NCBI GenBank assembly: GCA_964016885.1
Contig: OZ024746.1
Span: 27,900,001 to 27,964,000 of the forward strand
Length of the DNA stretch: 64,000 nt
Reading direction: 5' to 3'
From: Eledone cirrhosa
Taxonomy: Eukaryota
Below, one piece after another: positions 14,418 through 27,280 of this stretch (positions within the stretch are counted from its first letter, which is position 1; each line of letters starts with the position of its first letter). A program made the translations under genes and the position numbers. The notes beneath the pieces are model-generated. The model was not told where the DNA came from, searched no databases, and saw only the letters and a list, made by a program, of their open reading frames with translations.

Positions 14418-14420
<3 letters not shown>
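13686..14420 (+). mobile_element. Partial-tandem non-coding hammerhead element (539-bp unit) with a short inverted 5' piece
   Basis: Direct repeat 13742-13881 / 14281-14420; 13686-13717 is the inverse of about 13794-13825; one hammerhead inside; microsatellite at the 3' end. Confidence 0.8.
14163..14244 (+). ncRNA. Type I hammerhead ribozyme with extended stem II
   Basis: ACTCC-CTGATGA-C-GCAATG...GACAGTT/AACTGTC...CATTGC-A-GAAA-C-TAATTA-G-TT-GGAGT: 5-bp stem I, palindromic stem III, GUU site at 14237-14239. Confidence 0.85.
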
Positions 14421-14486
<66 letters not shown>

Positions 14487-14489
<3 letters not shown>

Positions 14490-14761
14490 AAAGTTTTATT
14501 TAAGATTGTTGGGTTACAACGAGTAAATATTTTATAACTGATATAAAAGCACTCAACAGTTTCTGGAGTAGGTTTACGATATTAAACAAATGGAAACTAT
14601 ATTTATAAAACCATATTTATTTCGTTATATATATTTCTGGGATATCATATTAAAAATATGGTATGAGTGAAGGCATACCATATTTTTAATATGATATCCC
14701 AGAAATATATATAACGAAATAAATATGGTTTTATAAATATAGTTTCCATTTGTTTAATATC

Positions 14762-14764
<3 letters not shown>
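14487..14764 (-). mobile_element. Foldback element in (TA)n (family J)
   Basis: About 92-bp perfect arms 14575-14666 / 14673-14764 plus tail 14487-14574; GAAA-TATATATA may be the 3' half of a hammerhead. Confidence 0.7.
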
Positions 14765-14818
<54 letters not shown>

Positions 14819-14820
<2 letters not shown>

Positions 14821-15009
14821 AATTAAAATACTAGAGTGTGTTAGAGTTAAACACCCTCTTCGTATTATAGAAATGACAGTAAAAGTATAGCTCAATGTAA
14901 TTAAACAGAGCCGAAGAATTATGAAAATAAACCAAAGAAGCCTTCAATACATCAAAAGTCTTCAATACATTTAAAGACTTTTGATGTATTGAAGGCTTCT
15001 TTGGTTTAT

Positions 15010-15016
<7 letters not shown>
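14819..15016 (-). mobile_element. Foldback element in (TA)n (family K)
   Basis: About 42-bp arms 14920-14961 / 14974-15016 plus tail carrying ATTGAGC on the minus strand. Confidence 0.65.
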
Positions 15017-15077
<61 letters not shown>

Positions 15078-15379
15078 ACGAGATATCGCTTAAGGTAATC
15101 CAAGTAGGTAGAGGTTATTCTTCACTCATTTATTATATGTATATGAGTGTGTGTGTGTGTCTGAGCGTGTATGAGTATACCCACGTAACCAAACCGCTAC
15201 AATTACCTCGTGTAGGTTACTCTGAATATAGGCCAGCGCTGGTATTAGTATCCGAATGATTTGTGACCTAAATATGTTATTTCCATAATAGTCAAATTGA
15301 TTAAATCTAAGCCTGACATATCAGTTACTGATTCAATTCACTAAAAATGTCACACATCACTAAATAAATACTCGTCATA

Positions 15380-15452
<73 letters not shown>

Positions 15453-15539
15453 GGGGGGGGGGGTATGTGCGTTTGTGTTTGTGTGTGTGGGTATGTGCAT
15501 TTGTGTGTGTGCGTGCGTGCACGTGTGTGTATCAGCAAT

Positions 15540-15724
15540 CGGTGGATTGGTAGTATCGGTAGAGGGTCGGGCGCCATGCTTTCTAGCATAGTTACGTCCC
15601 TTTACGATCTGAGTTCAAATCCCGCCGAGGTTGACTTTGCCTTTCATCCTTACGGGGTCGATAAAATAAAGTACCAGTGAGGCACTGGGTAGTTGCTGGC
15701 CTTGTGCCTAAAGTAGAAACAATT
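15540..15724 (+). mobile_element. Full-length main-family SINE
   Basis: Near-identical to the reverse complement of 8591-8775. Confidence 0.9.
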
Positions 15725-16100
15725 ATATGTTTCGTAGATGATACAATCTGTAACCAGGCTGGCCCGTTGAACTGCAAATACAGACCATCTGCTTTTAGAC
15801 CGCCTGTGGTTTCGCTGATTTAACTAGAAGTACCACGTAAAATGGACGGCTCGTGCAACAAGAGAAATAAATATTTCTGTTGGTATGATGCTTGTGTGAG
15901 GAACAAACATATTAGATAGACCGACAGAAAGTTCAGAGAGAGAGAAAAAATAAAATGCATCCACTCGTCATCAAGTCGCTGTTAGAAAAGACAACAGCAA
16001 ACACTCTGGCAGGCGGAAATGACAAGTAAGAGCGGCGACGTGTATTACCGTTTCGTGACCGTCACAACCCCATCTTCAGGATACGTATAGATATAATTGT

Positions 16101-16280
16101 TTCTACGTTAGGCACAAGGCCAGCAAATACCCAGTGTATTACTGGTACTTTATTTTATCGACCCCGTAAGGATGAAAGGCAAAGTTAACCTTGGCGGGAT
16201 TTGAACTCGGAATGGCAAGGGCCGTAACTCTATACGTCAAAGCATGGCGTCCGACCCTCTACCAATACTGCCAATCCACC
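16101..16280 (-). mobile_element. Main-family SINE with 15-bp TSD
   Basis: TSD TATAGATATAATTGT at 16086-16100 and 16281-16295. Confidence 0.9.
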
Positions 16281-17199
16281 TATAGATATAATTGTGGTCT
16301 ATTGGCTATGTACTTAGCAATGGTCATAAAATACGATGGGTGTTGTAGGATGTTATGGACGCCTAATTTATACGTTTTCAACGGTTGAAACATGACAGTT
16401 ATAATTGTTTTTACTTACGTTGTATTTCTCTGTTTTATATTAGAAAACCCTCCAGAGTTATTGGTCTGGTTTTGTGTAGAATTATGTATAGAGGTGTAGA
16501 GGTGTTCCTAATTATTTGCGTGTACTATATGGAAATGGGTTGCGATTGCTCCTTGTGTGTGTATGGCTAACTAATAGGAAAATGTGTTCTTTGGTTGACC
16601 CATGTATATATTTATACAGAAAGAGAAAGAGAACACATACAGATACACTCACACACACACACGCACACATACACACATATGCAGACACACACACTTATAT
16701 ATAAATACATATATATATATGTGTGTGTGTGTATGAGTGTGTGTACTTAGGTGTAAAGAGTAATATAAATAATGTAAATACAACAAAGTAATTTTTACAA
16801 TATAAAAATCTAAAGATTTGTTAAAATATATCATTTGCGATAATTAATATTTCTAAAGACAAAGAAGAATTAATTCACTGCTTTTTCTTTCTTGTTTTTT
16901 TTTTTTTGTTATTCACTTTTGTTATTTTTTAAAATGTTTCTTTTTATAATTTTATTCAAATTTATTTTATTTTACCATCTTTCTAGTCTAATCTTTATTG
17001 TAGTTTTCATTATTTGGGCATTTTTAAATTTCATATTTTAAAACAGAAATTAAAGTATTTTCTATTATTATTTATTCAAATGCACTTTGGAGTATTGATT
17101 TTATATAGAAGTTGATTGTATATAGAAAACAGTTGCTGAATGTCTGTGCGTCTGTGTGTGACTGTGTGACTGTGTATATCTGTGACTGTATGTATGTCT

Positions 17200-17640
17200 G
17201 CCTATGTCTGTATGTTTGTGTATGTCTGTGTAACTGCGTGTATGTCAGCCCATGTCTGTGTAACTGCATTTATGTCTGTGTATATCTTTATAACTGCATG
17301 TCTGTCTGTCTGACTGCATCTATGTCAGCCTATGTCTGTGTATGTCAGCCTATGTCTATGTAACTGCATGTATGTCTATGTAACTGCATGTATGTCAGCC
17401 TATGTCTGTGTAACTGCATGTATGTCTATGTAACTGCATGTATGTCTATGTAACTGCATGTATGTCTATCCAACTGCATGTATGTCAGCCTATGTCTATG
17501 TAACTGCATGTATGTCAGCCTATGTCTGTGTAACTACATGTATGTCTGTGTAACTGCGTGTATGTTTGTGTATGTCTATGTATGACTATGTGACTGCATG
17601 TATGTCTGTGTGTATGTCTGTGTGACTAACTGTCTGTATG
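17200..17640. repeat. Minisatellite built from 10-bp blocks (TATGTCTATG, TAACTGCATG, TATGTCAGCC)
   Basis: Visible 20/30-bp periodicity. Confidence 0.85.
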
Positions 17641-17940
17641 TGCTTGTGTCTACCTGTATATGTGTATGTGTCTGTGCCCGTGTCTCTATGTGTATGTCTA
17701 TGTATCTGTTTCCCTATCCGTATATGTGTGTCTGCGACTATAAAACGTGATATGATATACAGTTTAATACTTATTAAGACGGCATTTCTTTTTCTCGATA
17801 GTTATGGTGACGAACCCATTGACGTCCTCCATTCTTCATAAATTATTATACTCTAAATAAATAATCTGTGAAAGAAATCACTGAAAACAATTTATATGAC
17901 CAAACAACTGAATTCAGATTATTATTACTATTACATTACA

Positions 17941-18115
17941 AGGGCGGTGGATTGGCAGTATCGGTAGAGGGTCGGACGCCATGTTTTCCAGCATAGTTAC
18001 GTCCCTTTACGATCTGAGTTTAAATCCCGCCGAGGTTGACTTTGCCTTTCATCCTTACGGGGTCGATAAAATAAAGTACCAGTAATGCACTGGCCTTGTG
18101 CCTAAAGCAGAAACA
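17941..18115 (+). mobile_element. Main-family SINE with 17-bp TSD
   Basis: ATTATTACTATTACATT at 17921-17937 and 18116-18132. Confidence 0.9.
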
Positions 18116-18396
18116 ATTATTACTATTACATTTTTCATTTTATTCCTCAGTATTTCGTTGATCTTCTGTCGGTATTTAGAATGTTAGATATCAAGAAGCT
18201 CTCTCCTACAACCTAAGGTATATCTACCACCTTTCAGATAATTCTACAACCTGACATGTATTTAGCATCTTTCAGATAATTTTTCCTATGACAAGCAAAC
18301 AAGGCTTTCTATAGATTAGAGAAATTCACATATGTATCCAACATCTTCAACCAAACATACAAACTTCCAGGTTCTCTCTCTGCGACTCCGTACTCC

Positions 18397-18457
<61 letters not shown>

Positions 18458-18462
<5 letters not shown>

Positions 18463-18710
18463 AGAAGCAAAACATTGCTTATTGTGATCCAGTTCTTGGT
18501 TAAGAAAGCCAGTTTCATGGATGGTTTCAACGTACGGTTAGTGGTAACTCCACAAGTTTGTAAGAATTCCGTTCAATCTTGGAGTATAAAGTATAAAAGA
18601 GAAAACACAGGTAAGCATTAAGAGTAGGATATTATCCAGGTATTATCCAGGTATTATCCGTGTGTACCTGGATAATATCCTTCTCTTAATGCTTACCTGT
18701 GTTTTCTCTA
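18458..18710 (-). mobile_element. Foldback element in (TA)n (family M)
   Basis: About 45-bp arms 18598-18643 / 18665-18709 plus a long tail on the left; (TA)n flanks. Confidence 0.6.
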
Positions 18711-19359
18711 GATATATATATATATATATGTATATATATGTGGGGGGGGGGGGGGAGTGGATGTGTGTGTTTAAGTATGTGTGTATGTATACATAAATAA
18801 ACGATCTCGGCACTTTCCGTCTATATAGTTCCCTTCAGCAGTGCCAAGTAGCAATTGATGTTCCCAGGGATTGTCCCATACTCCATCTTGTTGCTCAATG
18901 TTCCTTTCATACTCCATACCATTATCACCAGAATCCTGATGCTCTTCTAACCACTTCCATCATGCAGACGTTTTGATATTTACTCTTTGCTAAAAGTTTT
19001 GTTCTCTGCTCTTAACCCTCCTCTTTCACTATAATGAATATTTTCCCGCCTAAATCTCCAGTTCTTGACACCAATATCATCTGGCTAGGACATGGGGGAA
19101 TCTATCCATAAATCCATAAATCCACAAATTCACGACATCCCACGTCAACTGGAAGCAATGTATAACCACTGAGGACCATCACATGATTTCTTTAATTCTT
19201 CGTAATTTATATATTTTCTTTCATGAGACTACACCAACATATCTTCCCAGGACACCGTCAGTTGATCACTCAGGGCATTTGTTGTCGAGGTACACTTTGC
19301 CATAAAGACAGTATCGTATGTTAAAGGTAGATGGCTTGGGAATACTAGCGCTTTTTTTT

Positions 19360-19530
19360 CAGAAAGAGAAGAGGAGGGAGAGAACAGAAGGGGGGGGGGT
19401 GGATAGAGAGAGGAAGAGAGGGAGATGAAGAGAGACAGGTGAAGAGAAAGGAAGAGAGGGAGTTGAAGAGAGAAAGATGAAGAAAGACAGAGAGAGAGAG
19501 AGAACGACAGAGAGTACGTCAGAGAGAACG

Positions 19531-19569
<39 letters not shown>

Positions 19570-19723
19570 GAGAAAGGGAGAGAGAGAGAGAGAGAACGAG
19601 AGAGGGGGGGGGTGACAGAAAGACGAGGAGAAGAAGAGAGACAAACAGACATAACGTCAGAGATGAAGAGAGAGAGAGGAGAAGAGACAGGGAAGAGAGA
19701 GGAGAAAGAGCGAGAAGAAGAAG

Positions 19724-19754
<31 letters not shown>

Positions 19755-19779
19755 AGAGAGAGAGAGTGAGTGAGTGAGT

Positions 19780-19832
<53 letters not shown>
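19360..19832. repeat. Degenerate (GA)n polypurine tract
   Basis: Direct inspection. Confidence 0.9.
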
Positions 19833-19838
<6 letters not shown>

Positions 19839-20040
19839 TGAGATTATCATTACACAAAAGAATGACAATAAACCGCCAACAAATCCGTGATGAAAACAAC
19901 AAGAGAAATCCATTGAAGTATTATATGTAGGAATTAACTTACATGATAGTGTGTGTGAGTGTATGTGTGTGTGTGTGAGAGTGGGTGAGTGTGTGTGTAT
20001 GTATGTATACGCGTATGTTTGTTTGCGTGTGAGTTTGTGT

Positions 20041-20242
20041 TAGCGTATGTGTGTATGTCTGTATGAGTGTGGGTGTGTAAGTGAGTATGTGTTTGTGTGT
20101 GTATGGGTGTATGCGTGTATATGTTTGAGTGTGTGTGTGTGTGTGTGTGTGTGTTAGCGTATGTGTGTATGTCTGTATGAGTGTGGGTGTGTAAGTGAGT
20201 ATGTGTTTGTGTGTGTATGGGTGTATGCGTGTATATGTTTGA

Positions 20243-20276
<34 letters not shown>

Positions 20277-20720
20277 GAGTGTGTAAGTGTGTATGTGTTT
20301 GTGTGTGTATGGGTGTATGCGTGTATATGTTTGAGTGTGTGTGTGTATGTGTGTGTGTTAGCGTATGTGTGTATGTCTGTATGAGTGTGGGTGTGTAAGT
20401 GAGTGTGTGTTTGTGTGTGTATGGGTGTATGCGTGTATATGTTTGAGTGTGTGTGTGTATGTGTGTGTGTTAGCGTATGTGTGTATGTCTGTATGAGTGT
20501 GGGTGTGTAAGTGAGTATGTGTTTGTGTGTGTATGGGTGTATGCGTGTATATGTTTGAGTGTGTGTGTGTATGTGTGTGTGTTAGCGTATGTGTGTATGT
20601 CTGTATGAGTGTTGGTGTGTAAGTGAGTATGTGTTTGTGTGTGTATGGGTGTATGCGTGTATATGTTTGAGTGTGTGTGTGTGTGTGTATGTGTGAGTGT
20701 GTAAGTGTGTAAGTGTGTAT
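20041..20720. repeat. About 112-bp GT-rich minisatellite
   Basis: TAGCGTATGTGTGTATGTCTGTATGAGTG recurs at 20041, 20155, 20359, 20471 and 20583. Confidence 0.85.
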
Positions 20721-21017
20721 GTGTGTAAGTATGTGTGTGTAATAGAGGTGTTATTGCGAAGTGGAGATGGTGTAGATGTTGAAAGCTAAACACACTCCAA
20801 AATGTTGTTATTTATTCTACACTTTACTGTGAGCTTTAATGAGGAAATATGAAAACTATATTACATTGAACGACAACACAGTCGTGCTTTTGATATAACA
20901 TGTTTGTGAGGAAAACTTTTCTATATACACATAAAAATATATACACACATACACGTACGCTCATACACACAGACACATAAATACACACATATATGTGTGC
21001 GTATATACATACACATA

Positions 21018-21080
<63 letters not shown>

Positions 21081-22093
21081 GCATGTGTGTGATGTTATTT
21101 ATTTATTATGTCCGTGGAAATTTGAAGCTGTCTGTAAACTTTCCTATTGTTTTCTGTCAGGGGAAATGATTCGTAGAAAGATCTTAGTAAATAAGATAGC
21201 TTTTTTTATTTCTTTTCCTTTGCTTCCCATGCTATAGTATAATCTATGTGTATGTCTGTCTGTGTCGGTCTGTGTCTCTCTGTGAGTCTCTCTCTCTCTC
21301 TCTCTCTGTATGTTTGTTGTTTCTGTATGTATATCTGTGTGAGTGTAAATATATGTTTGTGTACATATATGTGTGTATATGTATGGAAAAGGGGAAAGGG
21401 TGATGAATGTAGAGATATAAATATAAAATTACAGACAACTTTTATCTTATAGTCTTCTTCCTAGGAAACATATCTATAAAAAAAATAACATTGATATATT
21501 GTCGTCGTTCAATCTTCAATCAGTTTTCTTGGTGCAACACTAAAATAATATATATCCTAAATTACCCATAACATAACATTATTATGATTATTTCGTTTTT
21601 TTTTCATCATCATCAATTTTATCTTCCTGGTTCCGGGTTCGGACTAGACCTTCAAATCAAGACAAAATCACTTGAGCTGGCTGATTGGGGGTTTGTTTGT
21701 TGACTGGCTGAGTTGTTGGTTGGCGGTTGGCTATTTTAGTTAACTGGCTGGCTGATTTGTTGACTGATTAGTTGGCTGGTTGGTTGTTTGGTTGGCTGAG
21801 TATAACTTGAGCTGTCTCGGTAGTCTCACTCAGAAATATTCTATCTACATCGGACCGATTCGTGCAGCAATTGAGGGATAAAAGACTTAGAAAAGACCCC
21901 TCCAACAGTCATCACTTCTGTTCCCCTACTCAATTAACTAATGCCTATCTGATTCCGGCCTCATCGTATATTACGGATCACCAACCATTCATCCCGGGAG
22001 CGAGCTAGATTTGATTTTCCGGTTTGGAACCATTTTCCTAAACGAACTTAACTCCCCACTACAATTCCTATAACTTCCATTTCTGGTTGCACT

Positions 22094-22124
<31 letters not shown>

Positions 22125-23727
22125 CTCCAGCAACCATACACACAACACTCACACAACACTCCTGTATAGCCTCCAACACACAATTATACGTTTACACGCA
22201 CATAATCCTCTCGTTTCTCTTAACACACATGCATATCTACCCTATTGGACCCATTGTTCCAGCAACACACATTTACTTTTTCTTTTCGCACAAATATGTA
22301 TATACACACGTAGAAACTCTTGCCTTATTCACACATATATCAGCTTCCACGGCCACTCCAAACACCATCTCTACCAACCACTCTACTTTCGCCCCCTCAT
22401 TCTAGATACATGTAAGCGGATGTGCTTACGGCGGAATTGCAGGTGCTTACGGCACCCTCGTTCGCTTAAGGATGCACGTGCCACCTGCGTGTGCTACTCT
22501 CTTCACGTGGGACCTACTGCTAGTTCTTGGTCATCGTCAAATGAAAAAGCTTTACAAAACAGTCATTCCGCCTTGCAAACACTTCCTGGCTTTATCACCT
22601 TCACGCATTCATTGACTTCAGAGCATGAAGTTTGGCGGTATACGGTTGTACTGACGTAGCGTCCTCCATGATGCCTTACGGTATCCCTTACGGTCATACC
22701 CAGCACATAGGACTTGGTAACGTACATGCATGTGTGACCACCTTCATTTCTCTGTACCAACTAACGATCGCCACCACTTCTCTATGCTTGTGTGTATATG
22801 TGTATGTGTGGCGCGTTTGTATATGTACGCAAAAGTATACATACAATGTTTAATGTGCTCATATGTATGTGTGAGAATATACACATATACACAAATGTCC
22901 ATCTACACACCTACTCTACCGGTCACACCTTCTCACGCCCTGCGTTGGTCAACCTGCTCACGTGCGCACACTCTGAAACTACCACCAGCAACATCGTCAG
23001 CATCGTCACGGTATATGTGTGTGTGTTTATGTTTATGTGTAGTGTGTCTATGTGTGCGTGTGTTTATTTGTGTTTGCGTGTTGTGTCTGTGTTTATATCA
23101 CATACCATAGGGGTTCTAAATAAGAGGGTCGATAAAATATGTATAGATCTCGATATGATCAAGTATATCCCCAGCATGGCCACGGTCATATAACTGAAAT
23201 CAGTAAAATTATAAAAGAACACAATATTTTTATTCAATTAACAGCCATTTTGAGAGCAGATCTTTTCTGTCTTTGAAAATTGTCTTAAAGTTGAATTCAT
23301 TGCTTTTTTCTTTTCTTTTTTATTGTTATTCTCGTCAAACTCTTCCAATATTAACTGCTATTTATTTACTATCTTTTATGAGAAAAATATTCTAACAGTA
23401 TCTCCTTCTGCATCTTCCTCGCAATCACCAACATCTCTATAATAATGATAACTTTTTATATTGGCCAAAAATGTTCGTCTTCCGCGTTTTTCCTTTTATT
23501 TTCTGGTATATTATCATTGATATTAAGATTATTTTCAGTAATATTACTTTTAACTAAAATAATATTAATAACAGCAATACTATTTAATCATATATCATCA
23601 TCTTGGTCATTATTGATGGTAAAGATGTGACTAACTTTCAAATACCACATATACTTTAAAGTAAACATTACATACACATACGAGTATATACATACATGCA
23701 TGCATACAAATGTGTGTATATATATAG

Positions 23728-23826
<99 letters not shown>

Positions 23827-23828
23827 GG

Positions 23829-24025
23829 AGGCACGTAGCCTCGTAGTAAGGGTGTTGGACGATCATAATGTCGTGGGTTCGATTCCTGGCTGGGTTGCGT
23901 GTTGTGCTCTTGAGCAAAACACTTAATTTCATGTTGCTCCAGTATACTCAGCTAAAAATGGGTACCAGCAATAGCTGGGGGTTTAATCCTGCGATGGACA
24001 GGCGTCCTGTCCAGCGGGGAGTTCT
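23829..24025 (+). mobile_element. tRNA-derived CORE-type SINE
   Basis: B box GGTTCGATTCC followed by CTTGAGCAAAACACTTAATTTC...CTCAGCTAAAAATGGGTACC, resembling the CORE domain. Confidence 0.7.
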
Positions 24026-24027
24026 TG

Positions 24028-24275
24028 TAGTTAGAAGGTCTCAGGAAAGAATCGCGGGACAGATTTTACAGGCAAAATCAACCGGCAAGAGACCCAGAAG
24101 TAGAACCCGCGCAATATAGTTGGATAGCCTCCATGAGCTTGGCTGGTCAGGCTTGGGGATCAATCCGGATCAGTTGGAGACGGTTGCTTCTGAGCGGACC
24201 GGATGGCAGGAGTTTTTGAGCATCTGCCTCCACGTCCCTCTCAGGAATAAGTGGGCAAAGAAGAGCGAGAGAGAG
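24028..24275 (+). mobile_element. RTE-type LINE 3' remnant
   Basis: Translates as RIAGQILQAKSTGKRPRSR...DSLHELGWSGLGI...VASERTGW, like the RTE C-terminal GKRxRGRP/DRxxW region; related piece at about 32700-32860. Confidence 0.65.
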
Positions 24276-24617
24276 ACATGTTTGTTCTCATGTGACGCGC
24301 GTTTAGCAATCGATCAGCTCAAAGAACGATCGGTATCAATCATGCCCGACTTGAAATCGATAGCTTGTCTGACTTGTGGATTCCTTTCATAAAAATAAGT
24401 CTGATACACTATCGATTTCTTCTTCTTCTTCTTCTTCTTCTTCTTGAATAAACACTTTATGTAATCACATCTTTCTTAATGTTATTCTTACACTGAACCT
24501 CCCTCGTAAATACAGACTTCAGTGTAGAGAGCTTTCTCCTGTTTACTCCCGTTATTAACAAAGTGACATTCCAGCTCAAACAGATAAACAATATTTTACT
24601 GGACTCATACACACACA

Positions 24618-24648
<31 letters not shown>

Positions 24649-25318
24649 CACACACACACACATATATATATATATATGTATATATATACACACATATACA
24701 CACACATATATATACTTATAAAAGACCAATAATGTTTGCACTACACTACTTTATACATATTTATATAGATATACATATATTTATGTGTGTGTGTTGATTT
24801 CTATGTGTAGCTTGTCTGGAGATAACTGATAAATGTTGAAATGTCGAGTTGTTATATTTATTGCAATGTTGTTATAATTTTTATTGTGTTTTGGTAAATG
24901 TCTCGCTGCTGTTACTGCTAGTGCTGCTGCTGTTTTATTACTTTTGTTTGCTGTTGTTCAAACTGAACGTTATATAGGTGTTAATAGCTGAAGATTTTAT
25001 ATGACGAAGTCGATATATCTTCGAGATTAATGTTTAAGTTATCCTTAGCATAATCATTAAGGCGTCTGTAGCACAAACATTGAGCCATACTTAGAATAAA
25101 GTTTGAATCGCGCTATTTTAAATGTTAAGCCACATCTTGCATAAAATTTGAACACTCCCAAGTATGAAGTTTGAGCAATCCATAGTATAAATTGTGAGCC
25201 TTCACTAGTATAAAGTTCGAGCCTCTCCTACTATAAATTTTGAGTCGTCCTTAGTTTATATACAAACATACATATATATATATACATACGTATATACATA
25301 CATATACATGCACATATG

Positions 25319-25440
<122 letters not shown>

Positions 25441-25591
25441 TGTATGTACGTATACATACATACTTACATTTAAGTATCAGCCGTACTAAGAGTGAGAAAT
25501 GAAATTTCGTTTCATTCTTTTCCATTTATATATATATACATATATTGATCGCTCGTATATATATATATATATATATATATATTGATCCCTC

Positions 25592-25631
<40 letters not shown>

Positions 25632-26351
25632 TATACACACACATCTACGTGTTGTGTTTTCCTCTCTTATATTTTAACAATTTATTGAATATATCTTAAT
25701 CACTGACATGATTCTAATTTCTTCGTATACAATTTATACATATATAAACATAATAATAAGTAGCAACGAGGTATCTATATGCTTATTCATACGTTTCATG
25801 AATGATTAGCTCAAAGTACGTCCGGTAGTTATAGAGCCGACTTTACAATCGAAATTGGGTGTTTAGAATTACAAGGGTAGTAAGACCACGTTGGTTTGAC
25901 GGAAAATACAAGATAAATCAAAATGTATTGACCGTTTCAATAACTATTATCTCCCGGTCAGATTAGAGATTAATCTGTTTCTCCCAGAAAAGTTGTGTTT
26001 GTGACAGATAATCCGGAGGCAGTCCTCAGCGGTACATGAGATTATAAGTCACAAAGACCTATGAGAGTAGGTGAACTTAATAAACACGAGGTAATGAAAT
26101 CTCGTGTGTTCGTCGTTTCAAGTGGCGTGGGTGGATTGTAAATTCACCCAACTTGTTAGCTCACAAATCTAGGAGCCGAAATTCAAATAAAATGTAGAGT
26201 TATACACTCATAAAAATACCCTGCAATAATTAAGCTCAAGGTAAAAATACTGAGCAATTTATAATATATATAAATACATACACACACTCAAACACACACA
26301 CAAACACACACACAAACACACACACACACACACATATATAATATATATATA

Positions 26352-27032
26352 TATAAAAGAAAATTTCGCTCTACATGGCTGAATACAATAAATATAATCT
26401 GAGTTTTTCGAATATTAATAATAACATTCGATTCGTTTGCAATTATGCAAACAAGCCTCAATTTTATAGCCATGCCAGTAGAATAAACACTTCATTCTTG
26501 CTCTTGTGTTGGCATGCGAACAGAACTGCAAACACTAATGTTTCTGGGTATCATTCTACTGACATAGCTATAAAATTGAGGCTTGTTTGCATAATTGCAA
26601 ACGAATCGAATGTTATTAATATTCGAAAAACTCAGATTACATTTATTGTATTCAGCCATGTAGAGCGAAATTTTCTTTTTTATTTGAATTTGGCAAAGCC
26701 GGCCATTTATCGCTCGTATACAGGAAACTGACTGGCCAGTCTGCTGATATGCAAATCTGGCTGATCAGTGGATCTGCTAATATGCAAATCGAGCCGATCA
26801 GTCACTGTGTATTTTTGAAAAGAGCATATATTTTCACTAGCTATGACAGTTTGACGCTGTACTGATGAAGGCTGATACCCAGAAACATTAGTGTCTGCAG
26901 TTCTATTCGCATGCCAACATAAGAGCAAGAATGAAGTGTTCATTCTACTGACATGGCTATAAAATTGAGGCTTGCTTGCATAATTGCAAACGAATCAAAT
27001 GTTATTATTAATATTCGAAAATATCAGATGAC
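26352..27032 (+). mobile_element. Family N: inverted arm plus partial-tandem 390-bp hammerhead unit
   Basis: CATTCTACTGACA... recurs at 26551 and 26941; 26352-26551 is an inverted copy running from hammerhead stem II across the unit junction. Confidence 0.8.
26857..26900 (+). ncRNA. Type I hammerhead ribozyme
   Basis: CTGTA-CTGATGA-AGGCTGATACCCA-GAAA-CA-TTAG-TG-TC-TGCAG; GUC site at 26893-26895; stem II weak. Confidence 0.7.
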
Positions 27033-27042
27033 ATAAATATAT

Positions 27043-27280
27043 AAGTACAGATAAAACTTTAAGCAAAGAATCGCTGCTTTCACCCTTATTCGGGATCTTC
27101 TGAAATTCAGAGTTTCAGAAGACCCCGTAAAATAGTGCAGCGATTCTTTGCTTAAACTTTTATCTGTACTTAAAATAAATATTTGCTCTACGTGTTTTTA
27201 TATGTATATTATATATATATATGTATGAATTCCTCATCGAGCCCCTTACGGATTTTAGTCTTCAATATTTATTATTACTA
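27043..27280 (+). mobile_element. Family O foldback element, copy 1
   Basis: Inverted arms centred near 27108; homologous to 38684-38974. Confidence 0.75.

Noticed and set aside
18270-19350. Possible degraded RT fragments (minus strand); similar traces at 28980-29270 and 40040-40460
   Set aside because: Motifs are too decayed to assign by eye
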